A DNA stretch of 64,000 bases from Candidatus Poriferisodalis sp. GTDB lineage: Bacteria; Actinomycetota; Acidimicrobiia; Acidimicrobiales; Poriferisodalaceae. The translations under genes were made by a program, and so were the position numbers. Under the pieces are notes generated by a model that was not told the origin of the DNA, did no database searches, and worked only from the letters and a program-made list of their open reading frames with translations. The stretch spans positions 1,048,840 through 1,112,839 of the forward strand of contig NZ_OZ241968.1 in the NCBI RefSeq assembly GCF_965204125.1, given 5' to 3'. Shown here in pieces: positions 21,496 through 28,904 of this stretch; within the stretch, counting starts at the first letter, position 1; the number at the start of each line of letters is the position of its first letter.

Positions 21496-22938
21496 GTGGA
21501 CACTGAGGCGTTCATCGAAAGCTATTGCGGCGCAATTGAGGCTGGCCAAGCCAGCGTGCTGATCGGTGCGGGTCTCTCACTCGGGGCCGGCTACCCGACA
21601 TGGGAGGAGTTGCTCGAGCCTGTCGCTGCTCAATTCGAGATCCCTGCAGTCGCTGACCTGCCCCTTCGCGCTCAGTACATCGAGAATCAGCCCGGAGGTC
21701 GCGATCGTCTTGGCCGGCACGTCGCAAAGACCGTCGGCGCGGTTGAGCCGAAGCCCCTTGAGAACCACATTCTGTTGGCGCAACTGGGTATCGCTGACAG
21801 TTGGACTACCAACTTCGATTCACTCGTCGAGACCGCCGACGAACATCTCACGGTCATCGCTCACGACGAAGATCTGGTCGAACGTGCTGTCAGACAACGG
21901 CGCCTCTGCAAGATGCACGGCTCGATTCCTCGCGATGCGATCGAGCCAGATGGTGGTCGCGATCAACTAGTGCTGAGTCGCAGCGACTACGAGCGATACG
22001 AGTGGACCCATCCCCGGCTCTGGCGCCTCTTGCAGGCACAGTTCCTGACGTCGAGCTTCCTGTTCCTCGGATTCTCCATGACCGACCCGAACTTCGAGGC
22101 AGTCTTCAAGATCGCGCGCCTCGTCACCGCGGACAAACCCATGACGCACTACGCGATCATGAAACGGCCCGACAGTGACGACGGCATGTTCGATTTGCGC
22201 GCTGCTGATCTCAGCCGAGCTGGGATAAGGCTCATTGAGATTGCCGACTACAGCGAGATCACGACGATCTTGCGAAAGCTCGTCGTCAGGACGCGGCCGG
22301 CTGGGCTCTTTGTGTCGGGTTCTGCTCGCGACCCTGGTGACACCGAATCGACGGGTTCGGACACCTACCCGACTGCGGAGAGCAACGAACAACTCAACCG
22401 ATTCGCCGAGGCTCTGGGGAACCGTCTTGCGGACGAAGATGTCCCGTCGATTGTCGCGGCTGGTGATATCGGAGCCAGGGTCGGCTATAGCTTCTTGGCT
22501 CGGCTCGAGAACTACGACTCCAGCCGTTTCCTCCTAGTCCGACGGCGTTCCGACAAGGATGTCGATCCTCCATCACGGCGGCAGGGCCAGATCTGGTTCA
22601 GCGGCGAGAAACCCAGCACGATGAGATCCGCAGCATTTGAGCACGTCCGTGCGGTTGTATTACTCGGTGGTGGTTCCGGCACCGAGTCGGAGGCCGAGAC
22701 GGCGCTCGCGTTGGGCATGACTGTCGTACCGGTCGCCCACACGGGAGGTGCGGCGCGCAAGGTTTGGCAGTCCATGTCAGGCGACTTGGAGCGCCATGGC
22801 GGTCATGGCGTTGGTCAGCGAGAGATAGATCCGCAGCAGTTCTCCGACCTCAACTCCCCCGACATCGATACGGCGATGCAGGCCGCAACCGGACTCATCC
22901 GCGATGGCCTCTTCCTCCCGCCCATGGACGACATCTGA
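21496..22938 (+). CDS. ThsA-like protein: N-terminal SIR2 (SIR2_2-type) domain fused to a C-terminal SLOG-like domain
   Basis: SIR2 motifs VLIGAGLSLGAGYPTWEELL, TTNFDSLVE, LCKMHGS and FLFLGFSMTDPNF. C-terminal Rossmann/SLOG-like LFVSGSARD and VVLLGGGSGTESEAETALALGMTVVPVAHTGGAARK. At 480 aa it is the size of Thoeris ThsA. Confidence 0.75.
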   Translation: MDTEAFIESYCGAIEAGQASVLIGAGLSLGAGYPTWEELLEPVAAQFEIPAVADLPLRAQYIENQPGGRDRLGRHVAKTVGAVEPKPLENHILLAQLGIADSWTTNFDSLVETADEHLTVIAHDEDLVERAVRQRRLCKMHGSIPRDAIEPDGGRDQLVLSRSDYERYEWTHPRLWRLLQAQFLTSSFLFLGFSMTDPNFEAVFKIARLVTADKPMTHYAIMKRPDSDDGMFDLRAADLSRAGIRLIEIADYSEITTILRKLVVRTRPAGLFVSGSARDPGDTESTGSDTYPTAESNEQLNRFAEALGNRLADEDVPSIVAAGDIGARVGYSFLARLENYDSSRFLLVRRRSDKDVDPPSRRQGQIWFSGEKPSTMRSAAFEHVRAVVLLGGGSGTESEAETALALGMTVVPVAHTGGAARKVWQSMSGDLERHGGHGVGQREIDPQQFSDLNSPDIDTAMQAATGLIRDGLFLPPMDDI

Positions 22939-22961
22939 GTGTGTCTCACGCCATTCCTACA

Positions 22962-23753
22962 ATGAGCCGCATGGCCGATGTCTCGCTCCTTGAGCATTCC
23001 GAATCGCTGTCGGCGACGATCACTCAAGCATCGCTTGCCAATGACGAATGGGTCGACGCAGATGCGCCGCTCCGCGGGGGACAGTCGACCACCGCTCAAG
23101 AGCGCGTCAGGTTGATCTCGCTCGAGAGCGCCGAGTATCCGGACCGACTTCGTGCGATCGAATTTCCGCCTCGCTATCTGTGCATCATCGGAGATTTTGC
23201 GAAGTCCACGCGCTGCCCGATCGCCATCGTCGGCAGCCGTTCAGCGAGCGACGACGGCGTTACCGCAGCATTCAAGTCCGCTGCAGCGCTGGCCCAACGG
23301 GGTCACAGCATTGTCTCGGGCCTCGCCAGCGGAATCGATGCCGCTGCACATCGTGGCGCACTCGCGGTGAGCGGCCACACCATTGCCGTCGTCGGCACCG
23401 GGGCAGACTGTGTGTACCCGACGGAGAACCTCAAACTGCGAGACGAGATCGCCAAGAGTGGAGCCATCGTCTCGCAGTTTCCGCTCGGCCATGGGCCCAG
23501 CAAGACCACGTTCCCCGCCCGCAATGCGGTCATCGCGGGCCTCAGCGCAGCCAGTCTTGTGATCGAATCGAGCGGCCAGAGCGGTACACGCATCGAAGCC
23601 GAACTGACGCTCGAGCAGGCCAAACCAGTGCTGCTGTGGGCGCCCGTCCTCGGTGATGAGGCATGGGCTCGGGAATTTACGAAGCACCCGCTCGTGGCCT
23701 TCGTCGAGTGCGTTGACGATGTCGCCGCTGTTCTTGACCGCTGCGCAAAGTGA
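22962..23753 (+). CDS. DprA/Smf-like (SLOG superfamily Rossmann) protein
   Basis: IAIVGSRSASDDG, SGLASGIDAAAHRGAL, IAVVGTGADCVYPTEN, SQFPLGHGPSKTTFPARNAVIAGLS and LVIESSGQSGTRIEA. Possible starts are GTG 22941, ATG 22962 and ATG 22971, 3-33 nt after the upstream stop (22936-22938). Confidence 0.8.
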   Translation: MSRMADVSLLEHSESLSATITQASLANDEWVDADAPLRGGQSTTAQERVRLISLESAEYPDRLRAIEFPPRYLCIIGDFAKSTRCPIAIVGSRSASDDGVTAAFKSAAALAQRGHSIVSGLASGIDAAAHRGALAVSGHTIAVVGTGADCVYPTENLKLRDEIAKSGAIVSQFPLGHGPSKTTFPARNAVIAGLSAASLVIESSGQSGTRIEAELTLEQAKPVLLWAPVLGDEAWAREFTKHPLVAFVECVDDVAAVLDRCAK

Positions 23754-24493
23754 CAGCCGACCTCATCGCCATTTCGGACGCACTCGCGGACGAGCTTGTC
23801 CCGATGCCCGGCGATGCGCCAGATGTCTGTCCGATGTGCCGCTCCGGTCGCACATCGCCTCCCGCGCTGTGCAATAGCTGCACCAACACCTCCGGCCAAG
23901 TCGCCCATCCATGTCCGATGGTCATTCCGATCAGCTTCTACGCCAAGCCCTCGCCGCTGCGCGAGCGGATGCACGACTTCAAGGAGCACAGCGACGAGAC
24001 CGTTCGTGCAAGAGAGTCAAGAAACGTCGCGGCGATCGCTGCCCGGTACATCACCGAGCACGGCGGAGCGCTCGCCGCAAAGTTCGGGACTTGGGACGAA
24101 ACTGTCGCAGTGCCGTCGACTCATCACAGCGACCGGCCCGCGCTTCAGTCGGCCATCGAGGACAACTTTCCCGGCATCTTCGCTCCGTTCGCCCGGCCGC
24201 TGATTCAAGGTCCCGGCAACATGGATTTCAATCAGGCAAGCGAATCTGGATTCCTCCCGGCCGGAGTAGTCGACGGCAAGAGGTATCTGCTCATCGACGA
24301 TACGTTCACCACGGGCGCCCGGCTGCACTCGGCACATCACGCGCTCGTGGCAGGCGGGGCCATTGTCCCCGCAGCCATCATCGTCACACGCAAGATCAAT
24401 CCGTCCCCGCTCTACGGCAGTCTTGCTATGTGGAACCGACAGACTCAGGTCGCGTTCCGATTTGATGCGCCTCCATGGTGGAGCGCAAGGTAG
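23750..24493 (+). CDS. ComF-like phosphoribosyltransferase (PRTase) with an N-terminal Cys4 zinc ribbon
   Basis: CPMCRSG...CNSC zinc ribbon. PRPP-binding loop RYLLIDDTFTTGARLHSAHHALVAGGA. The GTG start overlaps the DprA-like stop (GTGA at 23750-23753). Confidence 0.8.
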   Translation: MTADLIAISDALADELVPMPGDAPDVCPMCRSGRTSPPALCNSCTNTSGQVAHPCPMVIPISFYAKPSPLRERMHDFKEHSDETVRARESRNVAAIAARYITEHGGALAAKFGTWDETVAVPSTHHSDRPALQSAIEDNFPGIFAPFARPLIQGPGNMDFNQASESGFLPAGVVDGKRYLLIDDTFTTGARLHSAHHALVAGGAIVPAAIIVTRKINPSPLYGSLAMWNRQTQVAFRFDAPPWWSAR

Positions 24494-24742
24494 GACAGTG
24501 CTTGAGGATTCCAGTCGCGAGAGTCGGGCGGCAGCTGGGTACTGGTGCCAGCGCCTGCCGCAGATTGGCGCCAGTGCTGGAGTCGCCAAGACGAAGTGAC
24601 GGCAACTGTTGATGCTCGCTGAGGAGACGGCTGTTGCCCTGCGGGTCTCGAGTACCAGCCGGGTTTTCTGTCCGCAGATGAGGAGACTGAGCTGCTCGCG
24701 AAGATCGACGGCTGCGGGTGGCTCGGCGATCTCGCGAGGCGC

Positions 24743-25225
24743 GTGCAGCACTACGGGTACAAGTACGACTACGCGAATCGTCAGCTCGACGAGTCCGCCC
24801 GCATCGGGCCGCTGCCGGAGTGGCTGACGCAGCTCACGCACAGGGTTCGTGCCGCCGCGTCTGAGGACTCGAAGCACCTGCTCGACGCGCATCAGCCATT
24901 CGAGCAGGCGATCGTCAACGAGTACGAGCCCGGCCAAGGCATTGCGCCGCACATCGACAGGGATTGCTTCGGACCGGTCGTTGCAACCGTGAGCTTGGGC
25001 TCAGCGGTCGACATGGATTTCCGCTGCGACGCCACCGGCGAGGGGTTCGTGCAGCGGCTGGAGCCCCGCAGTCTCGTTCTCATGCACGGCGATGCGCGCT
25101 GGCGGTGGCGTCATGGCATCGCCAAGCGGCGCACCGACGCCTGGGGTGGGCAGAAGGTCGCCCGCCTGCGACGCGTGTCGATCACCTTCCGCACCATCGC
25201 GGACACAGAGTCGGACGCTCCTTGA
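24743..25225 (+). CDS. AlkB-like 2OG-Fe(II) dioxygenase; the conserved N-terminal segment lies upstream without an in-frame start
   Basis: Iron and 2OG ligand motifs APHIDRD, RWRHGI and RVSITFR. In-frame upstream codons 24644-24742 read GLEYQPGFLSADEETELLAKIDGCGW (AlkB N-terminus), but the only ATG (24612) is in another frame. Confidence 0.7.
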   Translation: MQHYGYKYDYANRQLDESARIGPLPEWLTQLTHRVRAAASEDSKHLLDAHQPFEQAIVNEYEPGQGIAPHIDRDCFGPVVATVSLGSAVDMDFRCDATGEGFVQRLEPRSLVLMHGDARWRWRHGIAKRRTDAWGGQKVARLRRVSITFRTIADTESDAP

Positions 25226-25744
25226 CGCACGCCCGGCCGTGACCTCACGGCGCTGCGCGAGGCAGGTGAGACTCGACCGGCCGGCAGCGGGGCGCAGCGC
25301 GCTGCGCAGTGCATCGTCGGCCGCCAAGTCGGCACGAATGCCGGGCAAGCCCTCAAAGCAAAAGTGCGCGGCGAATTGTCGCCTCAAATCAGGTGGCGCG
25401 ATTTACCGGGACGCTATGACCAACGGCGTGCGGCTTGAGCTCGACAGCCACTGGTGACAGTGCTCGCATATCCACCCTGTGATTCTCACGAGGTTGTCGT
25501 GGTCTGCGGTCAGGTTGCGCCGGTGGATCGGTTCGTGGTGGGCGATTCGGTTGCGAAGGAAGTTCAGGCGTTGACATGTCACTCGCCAGGGGTAAGCTCT
25601 CGATCGAAGACCCCGGAACCGTCAATGCTTCGGCAAACGGCCGGGGTTACGCCTTTGCGGACAGCAAACACGAGGCCCCTGCAGGAGTCCAACGATCTAC
25701 GTCCGCCCGGCCCGAAGCCGGCCGAAGCTGAAATGAGCCCGCGG

Positions 25745-25935
25745 CGGTGCGCGGAACTGCCTGCCCCGCAGCTCCGCCCAGACAGACACGATCCTGTTTC
25801 TCCTTGTTCGGCTCCTTTCCGTGCGATCTCGAGCCCCGACAGTCCCCAGATGGGTCCGTATGTGCGGTGCCTGGGCCGCCGCAGTCGGCCTCGGCCGCAG
25901 CGTTGCTCGACGGGGCTGACCGTTACGATTCGGTC
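25745..25935 (-). repeat. Orphan surface-gene leader copy B: ~95-nt upstream extension, leader and decayed 5' coding remnant
   Basis: Minus strand reads atcgtaacggtcagccccgtcgagcaacgctgcggccgaggccgac...ctgtcggggctcgagatcgcacggaaaggagccgaacaaggagaaacaggatcGTGtctgtctgggcggagctgcggggcaggcagttccgcgca. Near-identical to the inverted copy at 51637..51825. Confidence 0.85.
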
Positions 25936-26397
25936 ATGAGCGCGAGCGCAGCTGCGACGTCGGTGGACGTCCCTGATGTGTTGCTGCGCGCCTGTGATCT
26001 GCCTGGGTTGATCGCGGACGACGACGGGAGGGGCCGTGTGGTGGCCATCCGGCAGTTCGTCAAGGACTGGGCGGCCGCTGACCCGCTGCGCCGGCGCCGC
26101 ATGATCGCCGACCCGCCGCGGCATCGCCGCCTTCGCCACCGTTTCGGGGCGCGTCGTTTTGATCTCGCCCGCATAGCGGCCGTGGTCGATGCGCTGTGCG
26201 AACGCGACGGCGTGCAGGCCCCGTCGTGGGTCGCGGCGTCGCGGGCGCGCCGGCCTGTGTCGCTGACGAAGTCACGCTTGGACCAGTCGCCGTGGAATGA
26301 CTGGGTGCGCTCGGTGGCGCCGCCTGCATGCGGCCGGCACAACGTGTGGTTCGTGCCCGCAACCCTTGACGACCACCGGGTGCATGGCTTCCGCTGA
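25936..26397 (+). CDS. Hypothetical protein, upstream partner of a nucleotidyltransferase-fold protein
   Basis: ATG 25936 inside ORF 25747..26397. Its stop (26395-26397) overlaps the next gene's ATG at 26384, as in bicistronic TA-type modules. Confidence 0.5.
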   Translation: MSASAAATSVDVPDVLLRACDLPGLIADDDGRGRVVAIRQFVKDWAAADPLRRRRMIADPPRHRRLRHRFGARRFDLARIAAVVDALCERDGVQAPSWVAASRARRPVSLTKSRLDQSPWNDWVRSVAPPACGRHNVWFVPATLDDHRVHGFR

Positions 26398-26809
26398 GCG
26401 CGGTTCAGGACCAGCGGAGACTCTGTTCACCGCAGAACGAATGCTCGGCTACTTGGCCGAGCTGGACGATGTGCTCGCCGACGAGGGCGTAGCCGAAGTG
26501 CTGCACCTGCACGTGGCAGGTGGCGCGGTCATCGCCACCAAGACCGACGCCCGGCTCACCTCAGATGTCGATGTCGTCTCTGAGGCGATGACCGAGCAGC
26601 TGCGACGTGCCGTTGTGGTGGTGAGCGAGCGTCACCCAGGACTTCGCCGTGATTGGCTCAACGACGGCGCCAAGCTCCAGCGCGTCAACCTGCCCATGGA
26701 ACCCGAGCGCATCTACACCGGCAGTTGCCTGGTGGTGGACTCAGCGGGCGACCGCTACGTGCTGGCGATGAAGCTCGCCAGCGGACGACCGATCGACGAA
26801 GCCGAATGA
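26384..26809 (+). CDS. Minimal nucleotidyltransferase-fold protein (DUF6036/AbiEii-like)
   Basis: NTase signature G[GS]-x(n)-DxD in HLHVAGGAVIATKTDARLTSDVDVV. About 140 aa. Confidence 0.5.
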   Translation: MASAERGSGPAETLFTAERMLGYLAELDDVLADEGVAEVLHLHVAGGAVIATKTDARLTSDVDVVSEAMTEQLRRAVVVVSERHPGLRRDWLNDGAKLQRVNLPMEPERIYTGSCLVVDSAGDRYVLAMKLASGRPIDEAE

Positions 26810-26883
26810 GGATCCGCCGCCCAAAGTGAGCCCCGGCTGCAGCGGAGCCAGACAAGACCTTGTCGCGGGCCCCGAGCATGTCC

Positions 26884-27070
26884 CGCACAGACGCGAGGAG
26901 CCCCAGGGGCGGGACCCCTGCGACTGCAGATGCACCGCCGTGCCCAGCCTTGGCGGCCACAGTGTCGACCGCCTGCCCGCCGCTCCGCCCAGACAGCCAA
27001 GGTCCTGTTTCTCCTTGTTCGGCTCCTTTCCGTGCGATCTCGGGCCCTGACAGTCTCAAGACGGCCGTTC
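26884..27070 (-). repeat. Orphan copy C: leader, ~65-nt 5' coding remnant and terminator-like hairpin (a collapsed surface-gene cassette)
   Basis: Minus strand reads gaacggccgtcttgagactgtcagggcccgagatcgcacggaaaggagccgaacaaggagaaacaggaccTTGgctgtctgggcggagcggcgggcaggcggtcgac...cagggg-tcccg-cccctg-gggctcctcgcgtctgtgc. The last part matches the conserved terminator module gacgcgaggagcccc. Confidence 0.75.
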
Positions 27071-27284
27071 GCGAGATGTTCGGGCTGCATCGACGGCATG
27101 GCGTCAACTGTCGACCAGAGATTCACAAATCTGTCGGCTGCAAACATCAGAAATTGTCGGCTGGAGCCTCCTGAAGTTGTCGGTTGCACGAGGAGCGCCC
27201 GTGTCCGACGGTGACGCAGCCACCGACTGCCACGACCGCGCGGAGGATCGTCACACCGCTCCCGCCCGCCCGGCAGAGACTTGG

Positions 27285-28565
27285 TCAGGTCGTCCAGAGT
27301 GAGGAGATGGGCCGCATGCTGATGCGGTCCCCGAGGCTGAGGTCGTGCTCGCCCATGTGCAGCACGATCCCGCCGGCGAACGCTCCGGGGGCCACGGTGT
27401 CGAGCCGGTCGCGCAGCCAGCGAAGGTGATCTGCGGCGCGGGGCGAGGGAGAGCTGCTGGCCTTGACCTCGATGGCGGTCACCGAGCCGTCGGGCGTCTC
27501 GAGGATGATGTCTGCCTCATGGTGCGCGTCGCGGTAGTGCCACAGGCTGATGCGAACAGCGCTGCTGGTGGCTTGACGGGCGATCTCGTTGACGACGAAC
27601 GACTCCGCCAGCATGCCGAATGCCTGTGACGTCGGCGCCAGCAGCGCCTGTGGCCCGGTGCCGAGCAGGTGCGCGGCGAGGCCGGTGTCGGCAATGTGCA
27701 GCTTGGGGCGCCGGATCGCTCGCGCCGACAGGTTGCGCGACCAGGCCGGGAGCTCCTGTGTCAAGAACACGGCCCGGAGCCAATCGAGGTAGCTGACGAC
27801 GGTCGGCTGGCTGATGGCGAGCCGCCTCGACGCCGCGGTGAGGTTCAGTTCCTGGGATGTCTGGGCGGCGGTCCAGCGCAGCAGCGGCGCCAGGGCGGTG
27901 GATCGCCGGATGTCCGCAAGCGCAGTGATGTCGCGCCCCACGACGGTCTCGATATAGCTCTCGAACCAGCCCGCACGCAGGTCCTCGGGCAGCCGCAGCA
28001 CCTCGGGATACCCGCCAATGCAGATCAGCTCGGCATAGTCGCGCCGGCTCAGCGGCGGCGAGCTGCCAGGGCGCGGGGCACCGGGCGGGCTGTCGCCGCT
28101 CATCCACCTCTCGATCGGCGGGCTCTCGGCGCCGGCGATCTCGGCTTGAGACAGGGGGGTCAGGCGCATCAGCCTGGCTCGCCCGGCCAGCGACTCGCTG
28201 ATAGTCGGCACCGACAAGAAATCGGTGGAACCGGTCAGCAGGAACCGGCCCGGCGTCTGCTCTTCGTCTGCCAGGCGCTTGACCGCCCTGATCAGCCGGT
28301 CGCCGGCCAACTGCACCTCATCGACAGCCAGCGGCGTCGGCCACGCACTCAGCAGCGCGGCGGGATCGTCAAGCGCAGCCTGCAGCATCGGCTCGTCTTC
28401 GAGGGTGACATAGGTGCCGCCTGCGCGCTCGGCCACCCTGCGCGCCAGGGTCGTCTTCCCCGACTGGCGCGCACCGTGCAGCACCACGACGCGAAAGCCG
28501 CCAAGCGCACGGCTGACGCGGGGACTGAGGTGCCGGGCGATGTGCCCCTCGATGCGTGCGACCAC
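27285..28565 (-). CDS. AAA ATPase with a C-terminal DUF4143 (restriction-endonuclease-like) domain
   Basis: Walker A VVVLHGARQSGKTTLAR. C-terminal SLWHYRDAHHEADIILETPDGSVTAIEVKAS, typical of the AAA_14 + DUF4143 family. Confidence 0.8.
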   Translation of the reverse strand: MVARIEGHIARHLSPRVSRALGGFRVVVLHGARQSGKTTLARRVAERAGGTYVTLEDEPMLQAALDDPAALLSAWPTPLAVDEVQLAGDRLIRAVKRLADEEQTPGRFLLTGSTDFLSVPTISESLAGRARLMRLTPLSQAEIAGAESPPIERWMSGDSPPGAPRPGSSPPLSRRDYAELICIGGYPEVLRLPEDLRAGWFESYIETVVGRDITALADIRRSTALAPLLRWTAAQTSQELNLTAASRRLAISQPTVVSYLDWLRAVFLTQELPAWSRNLSARAIRRPKLHIADTGLAAHLLGTGPQALLAPTSQAFGMLAESFVVNEIARQATSSAVRISLWHYRDAHHEADIILETPDGSVTAIEVKASSSPSPRAADHLRWLRDRLDTVAPGAFAGGIVLHMGEHDLSLGDRISMRPISSLWTT

Positions 28566-28904
28566 ACTTCCACACTAGCCCAAATGATAGTTTCGCACGG
28601 ACGCTAATGAGAGAACTGCACCATCACTGCTTGCTGTATTGCACAGCGGCGACGCCCGAAGCTGTACCGGGCCGTTGCGGGTCGTCGGTGAGAGCCGAGA
28701 TGAGCTGCGGCAGCTCGGGCAGGCGGGCAGCGCTAGTCTCGCGCGCCTCCGAAGAGGCAGAGCGTGTGGAGAATCTGGCACAGCGGCGAGCCGCATCACG
28801 ACAGGCACAGATGTGCCGGTGCTTCTGCCGCCCCGGGAGACGAACCTGCCGTCCGGTCTGGTGCACCTTCCGTCAGGTTTGGCGGCACTGTGGGCCGCCG
28901 TCGC

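Noticed and set aside
19450-27100. A prophage or integrative conjugative element interpretation of the lower-GC islands
   Set aside because: No capsid, tail, terminase, relaxase or type IV secretion genes are visible, only defence/TA-type cargo flanked by leader repeats.
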